NCBI RefSeq assembly: GCF_002113885.1
Contig: NW_018408913.1
Coordinates: 513,537-577,536 of the forward strand
DNA length: 64,000 bases
Direction of reading: 5' to 3'
Source: Mizuhopecten yessoensis
Taxonomy: Eukaryota
Shown in pieces: positions 52,601 to 64,000 of this stretch. Numbering within the stretch: the stretch's first letter is position 1; each line of letters opens with the position of its first letter. The notes under the pieces were generated by a model, which was not told the origin of the DNA, did not search any database, and worked only from the letters and a program-made list of their open reading frames with translations. The position numbers and the translations under genes are program-made.

Positions 52601-55600
52601 TACCTGTGAGCAATTTTGCTCACTTCCACTCACATGAGATGATGAGCTCATGTGAGCATAAGTTAGAAAATACCTTGGTCAAATGGAATCAAAGTTATAA
52701 CATGTACATTGAAAGGTATGTCGAGATCACCTCTCAGCTTATATTTATTATAATTTTTTGATAAAGAAATATATAATTTGTCACATTTTGAAGTCAGAAA
52801 AAAGTTATTTCCTGTATTCCAAATTATATCCTGGCCAATGGCCACAAATAAGGTTATTTTCACCTGCTATTAAGAAAGTGTATGTTAAGTGTACTTATTT
52901 ATCACAGGTTAACCGTGACCCCAGATTTGATGACCTTTCTGGAGAATTCAGGGAGGATCTTTTCAACAAATCCTACTCCTTTCTTACAGACATTAGAGTC
53001 CGGGAAAGAGATGTAAGTCATTCTCGTGCCTGGATTATCTTAACTTCTAACTGTTCTTTGTGCAGATTTTGGTTACAAAAGATAACCTCATACTTCACTG
53101 ACTGGCACATTTATTGCAATGTTTATATGTGATAAGTTGAATGACGACGGAATAAACATAAATGTCCACTGTTCTTTTTATTTGGCAAAAAATATAACTT
53201 TGCATATAGAAAATATTTGTCTTTCAAATCTTATTGTGAGGAATGGCCAAGATATATGAATATATTATATTTGCAACTGGACACAAAAAAGAATTGAGTT
53301 TATATTGCTTGAACAGATTTTGTTTTGTGAAGATTACCCAGTCTTTTTTTAAATTTACAGATATAACAGCATAAGCAACAACCTTGGTCGTACCTTAAAT
53401 ACAACCTAAAACTGCCTGTATATGGATGACTATATAAATATATACATGTATTAATGTATATGATACATTAATGAATGTACCCTTTTCATCTTGAAATATC
53501 TTTCTTGTATATTTTTTATCCTTTATTTTCACTCAGAGAGTACAAAATCAATTGAAGAGAGTCAAGGATTCAGAGAAGAAACAAGATCTTCACTACCTAC
53601 TTAATCGTATGGTAAGCTACAAAACATATTTTATGAAACTCTTTTAGTCCCTGCTTCATTACCAGATCACCTGTCTCATATTAGTAACAAATTCATTCCC
53701 CAAGATGAAGGACCTGAGTAAAAGTCAAATATGCTGTTTTTTTCTGTAGCCTAACTTTTCTATGAGTAGAGAGAATATCTTGACAGTTCATCGATATTCA
53801 GAAAACTTCTTTAAAGTTTTAATTCCTTTGAAGGTTACAAGTAGAAATCATGATCAAATATGCTTAACCCTGCACTTATGAAGAGAATGACATAACTTTT
53901 CCTACACTGAATAATCACTGGATGGTGTGTCCAGTGCTACAGTGTATTTTAATTTCCTGCTTATAACTAAAGTAAGTATGATTGAAGAGAACTGCTTGAA
54001 ACAGCAGATACAAGCATGGTGACATTGTGCTATAATAGATCAGTTCCTACTTTCAAGGTCACAAATAGAAGTCAAATTTTAATTTGTTATTGAGAATGCA
54101 CCAGAAACTATTTTCCTTTAGTGAGGTTTGCTGATAAAATAAAGTTTATAGTGACCTAGTTTTGGTGTTTGACACTCTGCCTTCCCTAGATGTAAATGTG
54201 TCCCAATTTTGATGATCCTACATGGAAAGTTGGAGAAATACTCTAAAAACCATGAAGTCCACAATTGTTTTATTATGTGACATTATACAATGAGATCAAT
54301 AATTTTTCAAGTCACAAACACATAGATGGCATGGACCCCCATTTTGGAATCACAGAGTGAAGAACTTCAAATACAAAATATATAACATACACAAAAATTG
54401 AATTTCAGATTCAATTCATGTGATATTTAATTTCAAGTAAATATCATTTGCACAATTGACATCATCAATATTCACATAGTTCAGAATTTGATGAGATAAT
54501 TCATTTGTAGTTGAATTCAGTATTGTGATTGTTAGAATTACAGACTGGCTGGGAAATTACCTAGGCCTATTTTTAGTATCGGTCTGTAACACTTTTCGAT
54601 TTATAGGTCGAGGTCTGTAACACTTTTCTATTTATAGAACGAGGTCTGTAACATATTTACAGACTCGTCACATGACGTCTATCCTCCAACCAGGGCTAGG
54701 AATTAGCACCAGTCATATAACAAGAGATCCCAGAGGGATCTTGGCGCCCACCTTTGTACCATCTGCATTAGTTCTTTGTCAGTTCGATCTTATCTCTTCT
54801 TTCCTCTTATCTGTTTGATCGATTCATGTTAACAGTAAATGCACCTTGAGGTAACTTTTGATCTAAACTTAATACTGATGTGTATGAAAGCCAACCTTCA
54901 AAGTGAGTTTGTCATTTCACATATTTACTAGTACAGTACTTAATGTGAAAGAAATAGAATCGATCATTGCAATATGAGAAAGATCTGTTTAGTTCTACTT
55001 TTAATCCATTTTGTTTTTATGATCAGTCTCAAAATATAACATGCACAACGAGAGTTCGAGGGAAACCTACATATAAAATTTGAGAAAGATCCCTCCTGTA
55101 CTTCCTGAGAAATAGCAATAACAAACTTTCACTATCAAAATCCAAGATCACTGCCTGTCGGCCATGTTGTTTATCCGATCAGTCTCTAAAATTGCCCTGC
55201 ACAGCTAGGACCAAGGGGAACCTACATATAAAATTAAGAAAGATCCTTCTAGTTCTTCTGGAGAAATAGTGGTAACAAACCTACACTATCGAAATCCAAG
55301 ATGGCTGCCTGTCGGCCATGTTGTTTATCCGATCAGTCTCAAAAGTTGCCCTGCACAGATAATAACCAAGGGGAACCTACATATAAAATTTGAGAAAGAT
55401 CCCTCTAATAGTTCTCGAGAAATAGCGATAACAAACTTTCAATATCAAAATCAAAGATGACTACCTGTCAGCCATGTTGTTTGTCCGATCAGTCTCAAAA
55501 AATTCCCTGCACAGCTAAGGACCAAGGGAAATCTACACATAAAATTTGGGAAAGATCCTTCCAGTACTTCTTGAGAAATAGCGATAACAAACATTCACTA

Positions 55601-57027
55601 TCAAAATCCAAGATGGCTGCCTGTCGGCCATGTTGTTTATCCGATCAGTCTCAAAAGTTGCCCTGCACAGCTTAGGACTAAGGGGAACCTACATATAAAA
55701 TTTGAGAAAGATCCCTCTGATACTTCNGATAACAAACTTTCACTATCAAAATCCAAGATGGCTGCCTGTCGGCCATGTTGTTTATCTGATCAGTCTCAAA
55801 AGTTGCCCTGCACAGCTAAGGACCAAGGGGAACCTACATATAAAATTTGAGAAAGATTCCTCTGGTACTTCTTGAGAAATACTGATAACAAGAATTGTTT
55901 AATGACAGACCACGGACCACGTACGCAGGGTGATTTGAATAGCCCACCATCAGATGATCAGATGGCGGGCTAATAAAAAGGTTAACAGTATAAATAAATA
56001 TACAATGCAAAATATAAAATGAATTTATAACTCAACATTTCACTAAACAGTGTACAATTTTATAACACCAGAAACAACAAGAAATGGCGACAAGTCAGAA
56101 ACAAAAGAGGCAGGACCTTGAAAAGAAGTGGAAACAGAAGGAGAAGGAACGAGTGAAAGAAGGAAAGAATCCATTCTATCTCAAGAAAGGTAAAAACAGG
56201 TTTGATGCATACCTTTGTTTAGGGTTTCGTGTCCTTGCCATAGCTACGGTCATATGAAGATGGTTCTGTGTGCCTCTTACAATACAATGCAATGTTCTGG
56301 ATTTCCATCCTTTCTTATGACTAAATTCTATTTTATCACATGTTGAAGACCTTATACAGTGTAAAAACACCATCACACATTAATTGCAGTAATGAAATAT
56401 ATATTTGTAATAACACCCATTGTGTTATCATAAAGAACACTGTATTAAATACTGGTATGAAGTCTCACATAGGAGTAAAACATGCTGGTATTTTGCTGTT
56501 TTTCTGATAACTTTAATCTTATGATGCACAAGGTAAAAAGGATATCAAGGAATGGGCTTTTCTGTTTAATGATACTTTTATACTTCCCATATACCGTGTG
56601 AGCAGTTAAACATGTTTTATTTCTTAAAATGTTATATAGATGATATATGTTTTTCAGCCATGTTGAAATCAAAAAATTACGTGTGTATTTTATTTATTTA
56701 TACCTTCTTTGTTATACCTTCTTATTTCTTGCATTACCTTTGTAAATAAAAGAGGATTTTTACTTAATTTGGTAAAAAAAATACACACATTTAACTTATA
56801 TGTACAATTACTTAAAGCATGGCGATTGAATTTTTTCTTTTGCATAAATGGGATATTAATTTTTCTTTTTTTCAGGGGATCTACGGAAACTAGAGTTAGC
56901 AGAAAAGTACAGAGAGCTCAAAAAATCTGGAAAAGTTGATAATTATCTCAGTAAAAAGAGAAAGAAAACTGCTTCAAAAGAGAAAAAGAAGTTACCCTTA
57001 CCAGCAAAACAATTTGGATTTACATGA
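49627..57027 (+). CDS. RRP36: rRNA processing protein 36 homolog, 344 aa. Exons: 49627-49989, 50208-50223, 50696-50756, 51346-51423, 52190-52256, 52908-53012, 53537-53611, 56072-56189, 56876-57027
   Basis: Charged N-terminus, then MPFEDLIKLKERLGTKAY, KNKNRPMEMSSKR, RDPRFDDLSGEF..FNKSYSFL, GKNPFYLKKGDLRKLELAEKYRELKKSGKVDNYLSKKRKK; 1035 nt in frame with GT-AG introns. Confidence 0.93.
54543..54714. mobile_element. Small MITE-like element with ~2.5 internal 31-bp direct repeats
   Basis: Imperfect inverted ends GACTGG..AATTACCTAGGCC / GGGCTAGGAATT..CCAGTC; GGTCTGTAACA at 54581, 54612 and 54643. Confidence 0.45.
54719..55979 (+). mobile_element. HINE / pearl-like element, family 2, ~6 x ~155-bp core repeats, in an RRP36 intron
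   Basis: 5' AACAAGAGATCCCAGAGGGATCTTGGCGCCCACC; core period 155-156; GACAGACCACGGAC microsatellite remnant; 3' hairpin AGCCCACCATC..GATGGCGGGCT then AATAAAAA. An N at 55727 suggests a collapsed array. Confidence 0.82.
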
Positions 57028-57299
57028 TCATTATTTTCTATAAAGTTTCATTATAAAAATGTTCTTGTTTTGTCTTTACTTTCATGTTACGTAACAAGGT
57101 ACTGAACACAACAAACATCTCATTGTACTTGGACTTCTCTCACATCTGTTACAACTTTCATCATTCCAAGCCCAGCCAGTCGTTTATTTAAGTGTTCCCT
57201 GTGCAACCAATTTTTTGTAGGAGATATAAAGAAACAGGTTCAGTCAGAACAAAACTTGTTATGGCTTTAATTTATCACCTGTTATTTTGATACTTACCA

Positions 57300-58246
57300 T
57301 AGGAACAGCATGGCCACCATACAACCATCATGGATTTCAATACAATGTAGTTCTAGTTATCCTTTTTTTTCCCAAGAAGTCCATAACAGATCTATCTCAA
57401 ATTTCATATGTAGGTTCCCCTTGGTCCTTTATTGTGTATGTCTAATTCTGAGACTGATCAGAAGGATAAGATGGCTGCCAGTCAACCATCTTTGATTTTG
57501 ATAGTTTAATTTTGTTAACACTATTTCTCTAGAAGCCCTTCAACAGCAAATCTTTCTCAAATTTTGTATGTAGGTCCCCTTTGTCCTTAGTTGTGTATGT
57601 TTCATTTTGAAACTGACATTAAGAACAAGATGGCAACTATCTTGGATTTTAAATGCTTAATTTGGTTGTTAATGGTGAACACTATTTCTCAAAAAGCACT
57701 AGTAAAGATGGATATTTCTCAAATTCCATGTGAACATATAGGTTCCCCATGGCCTAGGTACAATTTTAAGACTGATTTGGAGATCAAGATTGCTACTTCT
57801 CAAAAAGTCCTTGAGAGATAATTCTTACAGTTTACCAGTACATAGGTCTCTCGTGTTCCAGAATTGTCCATGTTGAGACAGAAATAACAAAAGTATTACA
57901 AGGCAAGCCATGGTCCCCTTCCAGTAATGATAATGTCAAAGGTCATGCAAAGGACCAAGTGACCTACTTTTTGTTCTTGACACTCCACCATCCTAGGATG
58001 CCATGGGCAAACTCTTCAGATATACAAATGTAGCGCAAACCTATAATAGTCCCCCAAAGACCCTGTGGGGGACTCGTATGATGGGACCAGGCAGCCATCT
58101 TGGAATTTGAAAGTTAAGGATTGATATCAATATTTTCCTGAAAGTGATTGAGAGAGAATTTTCAAATTCCACAAACTAGTTCCCTTGAACTTCAATTGTG
58201 GATGTTCAATTTTGGAAACAAGAACAAGATGGCTGTCAGGTGGTCA
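57300..58246 (-). mobile_element. Old degenerate family-2-like HINE core repeats, reverse orientation
   Basis: Recurrent AAGATGGCTGCC..CCATCTTGGATTTT..CTATTTCTC..CTCAAATTT..ATGTAGGTTCCCCTTGGTCC, the reverse complement of the 54719-55979 core. Confidence 0.6.
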
Positions 58247-59342
58247 TTTTTAGCTCACTTGCCCTTCAGTGCGGCGTCCGTCTGTCCGGCGTCAACATTT
58301 TACTTTAAACAACTTCTTTTCAGTAACGAAAAGGCCTAGAATGATGATATTTAGCTAGTAGCATGCTGGAATCAAGGGCTACCAAGTTCGTTCAAATGAA
58401 TGACCTTCATCCATTTTTAAGGTCACGGGTCAAATATGTTTAAATCTTTGAACGACTTCTTCTGAATACCCAAGAGGCCTAGGGTGATGTTATTTGGCCA
58501 GTAACATGCTGGGATGAAGGGCTACCGAGTTTGTTCAAATAAATGACCTTCGGCTTTTTTCAAGGTCACAGGGGTCAAATATGTTTAAATCTTTGAACGA
58601 CTTCTTCTGAATACCCAAGACGCCTAGGGTGATGTTATTTGGCCAGTAACATGCTGGGATGAAGGGCTACGGAGTTTGTTCAAATAAATGACCTTCGGCT
58701 TTTTTCAAGGTCACAGGGGTCAAATATGTTAAAAACTTTAAATAACTTCTTCTGAATAACAAAAATGCCCAGGTTGATGATATTTGGCAAGTAGCATGCT
58801 GGGATGAAAGGCTACCAAGTTTGTTTAAACGAATGACCATCATCTATTTTCAAGGTCACAGGGGTCAAATATGTTTAAAACCTTTAAAGCAAATTTTTCT
58901 CCATAACTGAACAGCCTTGGATGATAATATTTGGCCAGGAGCATGCTGGGATGAAGAGCTTCCAAGTTTGCTAAAACAAATGACCTTCACCCATTTTCAA
59001 GGTCATAGGGGTCAAATATGTTTAAAACATGTAAACAACTTCTTCTGAAAACCCAAGAGGCATAGGATAATGAAATATGTTTAAATCTGTAAATGACTTG
59101 TTCTGAATATTCAAAAGGTCCAGGGTAAGCATGCTTGGACGGAGGGCTATAAACTCTGTTCAACTTAATGTCCTTATTTGTCTTTCAAGGTCACAGGCGT
59201 CATATGTTTAAACCATTTAAAAGATTCTTATGAATCGAACACAGATATTTTGCCTGTAGCTGTACATTAATAGTCCACTTTTAAGATTACAAGTGTGAGA
59301 TTAATACCAGGTGAGCAATTCAGGCCCATTGGGCCTCTTGTT
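58247..59342 (-). mobile_element. HINE / pearl-like element, family 3, ~145-147-bp core repeats
   Basis: Begins TTTTTAGCTCAC..CGTCCGTCTGTCCGGCGTC and ends CAGGTGAGCAATTCAGGCCCATTGGGCCTCTTGTT; CAAGGTCA at 58561, 58706, 58851, 58998. Confidence 0.85.
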
Positions 59343-60862
59343 GAATTTGACATTTTGCTATTGCTATTTTTAAGAAAGTAAACTACAGGGCCTGTATGCA
59401 TGAAACTGTTCTCATGCTAAAGCCTGAATTCTGTGTCCAAGCCAACTTTATTGAAATTCGCTTACATCACATAACACGGTCAAAAGGTCAAGTGTAAACA
59501 ATGAAAACAGTATTTAGCTTTTCACAATTCATAAATATGTAAGTTTATTTTTTTATCTCAGGTTCCTGACTGAAGTTGCCAAGTTCATGACACAAGTTCC
59601 TGACATCAACATCTGGAACCCAATTCAAAGTCAAAGCGATAATCACAGCTACAAAGTTATGGTATGAGGAGTGTCTGTCCACACGTTGGTTTCTGCAAAG
59701 TAACTCGCTTGAATATCGTTCAATGTTGATGAACCTGTGTATGCATGTATATTGTACGAAGACTGAGGCTAAATTTGAACTTTAGCAATATCCGCCCATA
59801 ATAAATAAGCATCTTGTACCCCGATTGGTCAATTTCCAAACTTTATTTCCACAAGATAACTTGCTAAACTATCATTCAATTTTTATGAAACTTGGTATTC
59901 ATGTTTATCATACAAAGGCAGAGGCTAAGTTCAAAATGAGCAAAATCCATGCATAATTATTGAGCATAATGTGCTGATTGGTTGATGGTTTCTGCACAAT
60001 ATCTTCTTAATACCACCAGATTCTGATAAAACTTGGTCAATATTTACACTTTGTCTAATAGCTAATAGCTTTGGTTATAATGGTGTAAGAGGAATCATTT
60101 TCTATTTGTGCAGTTTGAAATATATACAAAGGAAGACAATTCCTGTGAAAAACATTTTATGAACATCATACAGGTTATGTGAAATATATGTATACCTTCA
60201 ATTAGTTGGTCAAGTACAGTATGATTTTTCCTTTCACCACATTTTAGAAATACAGTTTTACTGTGTATACTTAATTCTCAACTTCAATGAATAATACAGT
60301 ACAGTTGTTGTTTCTTCTCACATTTCCATACTTCATGCATTTATATACAATAATTAACGCATCAGATGGATTTTAAGCATGTCAGATAGGCATGGGATGG
60401 TCGTATATTGTTCTGTCCTGTAGCACTCTTGTTACATGATGGGATGAGAAAGTTAGATACATTGTATTTGGACAGCTGGTATCTGAATAAAGTTTCCAAC
60501 CAATCATGAAATTTCAGACAAGAAATCCTGACATTAATCTCTTGAAAAAAGTTCAGTTCTATAAAACTTTATTTCTCTATCACAAATAAACACAATTTCA
60601 CTGCAGTATATACTATACACCTTTGATATAACTTTCAATCATACTCTTGCATTGTACATGATTACCCTAAAAACTTTACATGGAGACATATTTAAAAACA
60701 TTCTTTTTATCCATGCAATGTTTTGTTTGGGTGCATTAATTTATTTTATATTATTACCAAAAGCAAATAATTCTAGAGTTGGAAGTATTGGGAACCATTT
60801 TGGTATGTGTTCATTAGAACATAAATGTGATACGCTCCATTATTATTCTTGATATTAAATTA

Positions 60863-62096
60863 AACAATAGGCCCAATGGGCCTGCATCGCTCACCTGGTA
60901 TAAATCTCACACTTGTAACCTTAAAAGTGATCTAGAATAAAGCGACAGGCAAAATATCAGTATTTATGATTAAAATTCATTCAAAAGAACCTGTAATTTT
61001 TTTTAAAACATTTCACCCCTGTGATTGAAAGTTGAACAAAGTCATTATGTTGAACAAATTTTATAGACTTTCATCTCAGGATGCAACTTGCAAAGTGTCA
61101 ACATCCTGGAACACATGGTTATTCAGAAGAGGTCCTTTAAAAATTTTTAACAAAATTTACCCCTGTGACCTTGAATATAAGTCAAAGTCATTCACTTTAA
61201 CAGACATCGTAGTCCTTGATCCCAGCATGCTACTGACTAAATATCAAAATCCTGCGCCTTTTGGTTATTCAGAACAAGTTGTTTAAATATTTTGAACATA
61301 TTTGCTCCTTGTGACCTTGAATATGATTCAAGGTCATACATTTAAACAAACTTAATAGCCCTTGATCCTAGTATGCTACTGACTAAATATCATCACCCTA
61401 GGCATTTTGGTTATTGAGAAGTTGTTAAAAGTGTTTAACATATTTGACCCCTGTGACCTTGAAAATGGCTGAAGGTCATTAATTTTAACAAACTTTGTAG
61501 CCCTTCATCCCAGTTTGCTTCTGGCCAAATATCATCACCCTGGGCATTTTGGTTATTCAGAAGAAGTTGTTTAAAGTTTTTAACATATTTGACCCCTGTC
61601 ACCTTGAATATGGGTGAAGGTCATTCATTTGAACAAACTTGGTAGCCTTCACCCAAGGATGCTACTTGCCAAAATATCATCTCCCTGGGAAGTTTTGTTA
61701 TGGAGAAGAAGTTGTTTAAAGGTTTTAACATATTTGACCCCTGTGACCTTGAATATAGGTGAAGGCCATTCATTTGAACAAACTTGATAGCCCTTTACCC
61801 CAGCATGCTACTGGCCAAATATCATCACCCTGGGCATTTTACGTTATTGAGAAGAAGATGTTAAAAGTTTTTAACATATTTGACCCCTGTGACCTTGAAA
61901 ATGGGTGAAGTCATAAATTTTAACAAACTTTGTAGCCCTTCATCCCAGTTTGCTTCTGGCCAAATATCATCACCCTAGGCCTTTCGGTTATTAAGAAGAA
62001 ATCGTTTAAAGTAAAATATTGTGCCGGATGCCGGACAGACGGACGCCGCGCCACGACATAAGCTCACTTGGCACTTCGTGCCAGGTGAGCTAAAAA
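60863..62096 (+). mobile_element. HINE / pearl-like element, family 3, complete copy
   Basis: 5' AACAATAGGCCCAATGGGCCTGCATCGCTCACCTGG; core period 145-146 (TATTTGACCCC at 61441, 61586, 61731, 61877); GGACAGACGGACG; 3' hairpin AGCTCACTTGGCAC-TTC-GTGCCAGGTGAGCT plus AAAAA. Confidence 0.88.
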
Positions 62097-62272
62097 TGAT
62101 TCATGCTATACAATACACTTCATATGTGAAATCTCAAAAATTGTGTGTAAACAGGAAGATGTTAGAAATTAATACAATTTTGTTGTTACAGATAGAAGAC
62201 CTGAAAATCCCCCAGAAGTCCCCCAACAGACTCCCAATACACCGCATTACAGCCTACTTCATACTACACATC

Positions 62273-63259
62273 ATGGCGACAAATTCTGGCCAGTGTCTGA
62301 TGCTGGGACAATATCCCATCCAACAAAAAGGCATAGAAAAGTGCCCGAGCCATAGAGAGAACCCTCTGGTATTTTTGTGTGGGAATTGTAAAACTTTAAT
62401 ATTCGCTACTTGTAGCATCACTGAACACAGAGAACATATAAACAGTTTTGTTGAAATTAAGAAAATTGCTAAAAATCAGAAACACGTACTACAAGAGTTT
62501 ATTTCTGACATGGATGTTAAGATTCCGAAACTTAAAGGAGAAATAACTTCTGCGAGAACAAATTTTTCACAATATCACCAAAAATACAGACAAATGTCTG
62601 AAAACATTAAAAACCAGAGGGATAGCAGTAAACTGGAATTAGAGACAATAGCTGAGAATTACTTAGCAACATGTGACAAGATGGAGAAGGAGACCACAGA
62701 CCACCATCAGACTCACATCACAAACCTAGAGGACAGGTTAGACACTTTAGTTAAACTCTCATCAGAGTGTAAACAGACCCTCCAGACAGGCACCGCTGTA
62801 CTTGTGTATGACTCGGTATCAGAAATCCAGGACATGGACTTAGATATCCCACAGACAGCTAACATAGACATGACAGAGTTTACTCCAGGTAACGACAGAC
62901 AAAGTCACCTGGAGCGGGCCATGGGGAAATTGAAGACTCCTACTGACCATTTCCAGGCAGGATCAGCACCTAGTGGTCACTCCAAACAAGGTCCACTTAT
63001 GAGACCTAAACAGTCCAAATCTACAGAGACGGGTCAAACATCCACTGGAGCAGTCCTGTACAAACTTTGTGACAGTCCAACTGTCATATCTCATTTCTTA
63101 TACCCATATCCTATCACATCAATTTGTCCTACAACTAATGGACGTGCATGGCTGTGTTATTGTAAAACCAACACAGTAAAACTCATCAACAACAAGAGGC
63201 CTGCATCTCTCACCTGGTATAAATCTCATACTTGTAACCTTAAAAGTGATCTAAAATAA
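62273..63259 (+). pseudogene. TRIM-like B-box/coiled-coil (probably NHL-repeat) protein, truncated by a HINE insertion at ~63191
   Basis: Acceptor TTACAG| at 62191, ATG at 62273. B-box-2-like CPSH-x8-CGNC-x4-F-x2-C-x4-H-x2-H, a long heptad coiled coil, then a propeller-like start (ITSICPTTNGRAWLC..TVKLIN), after which the ORF runs into repeat sequence and stops. Confidence 0.7.
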
Positions 63260-63587
63260 AGCTACAGGCAAAATCTCAGTATTTATGATTAAAATTCATT
63301 CAAAAGAGCCTGTTGATTTTTTTTAAAACATTTCACCCCTGTGATTGAAAGTTGAACAAAGTCATTATGTTGAACAAATTTTATAGCCTTTTATCTCAGG
63401 ATGCAACTTGCAAAGTGTCAACATCCTGGTACCCATGGTTATTCAGAAGAGGTTGTTTAAAGATTTTAAACAAATTTGACCCCTGTGACCTTGAAAATGG
63501 GTGAAGGTCATTCATTTGGACAAACTTTGTAGCCCTTCATCCCAGTTTGCTTCTGGCCAAATATCATCACCCTGGGCATTACGGTTA
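63191..63587 (+). mobile_element. Family-3 HINE (5' part) inserted into the TRIM ORF
   Basis: AACAAGAGGCCTGCATCTCTCACCTGGTATAAATCTC.. is nearly identical to 60863 onward, apart from a short deletion in the 5' palindrome. Confidence 0.85.
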
Positions 63588-64000
63588 TTAGCTCACCTCG
63601 TCCGTCGTCAATTCAAATGAATGACCTTCAATTATATTCAAGGTCACAGGGGTCTAATATGTTAAAAACTTTTAACATCTTCTTCTCAATAACGTAAAAT
63701 GCCCAGGGTGATGATATTTGGCCAGAAGCAAACTGGGATGAAGGGCTACAAAGTTTGTTAAAATGAATGACCTTCACCCATATTCAAGGTCACATGGGTC
63801 AAATATGTTAAAAACTTTAAACAACTTCTTCTCGATAACCAAAATGCCCAGGGTGATGATATTTTGCCAGTAGCATGCTGACACGAAGGGCTATACAGTT
63901 TGTTCAAATGAATGACCTTCAATTATATTCAAGGTCACAGGGGTCAATTTGCCATAAAAAAACTTTAAACAACTTCTTCTGAATAACCAAAATGCTCAGG
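63588..64000 (-). mobile_element. Family-3 HINE in opposite orientation nested in the preceding copy (runs off the window)
   Basis: TTAGCTCACCTCGTCCGTCGTC (reverse-complement 3' terminus) at 63588, followed by reverse-orientation core units. Confidence 0.78.

Noticed and set aside
59562-59661. Possible 5' UTR exon of the TRIM-like gene (TCTCAG|...|GTATGA)
   Set aside because: Splice-like signals only; cannot be supported without transcripts.
62021-62272. N-terminal 84 aa of the 412-aa ORF
   Set aside because: Begins at a GTG within the HINE 3' end and crosses an intron acceptor at 62191; the likely start is ATG 62273.

Overview
AT-rich, intron-containing eukaryotic DNA, most likely a bivalve mollusc (inferred from quadruple-CRD galectins and pearl/HINE-type repeats; scallop-like). 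Hand-spliced GT-AG gene models, in order: quadruple-CRD galectin A (+, 459..6167, first coding exon upstream of the window); a decapitated partial duplicate of the 5' end of galectin B (~11155..12340); quadruple-CRD galectin B (+, 14461..25976, 12 exons, 550 aa); a single-exon GT31 beta-1,3-galactosyltransferase (+, 29079..30443); cornichon/CNIH1 (-, 144 aa); WDR92/DNAAF10 (-, 354 aa) head-to-head with RRP36 (+, 344 aa); and a B-box/coiled-coil TRIM-like ORF cut by a repeat insertion. Intergenic and intronic DNA holds decayed LINEs, a TTAA-flanked Kolobok-like element, MITEs, tRNA-derived fragments, several minisatellites, and at least seven Helentron-associated (HINE/pearl-like) elements of three families with 145-157 bp core repeats, several of them nested. 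Most notable: (1) two galactoside-reading lectins adjacent to a galactoside-writing enzyme, a possible reader-writer glycan-recognition cluster (hypothesis only); (2) a minisatellite made by amplifying a galectin splice donor 14 times behind an in-frame stop; (3) nested HINE insertions that disrupt and flank a TRIM exon. Most short ORFs in the supplied track are exon fragments or repeat artefacts. All coordinates were read by eye; no searches were run.
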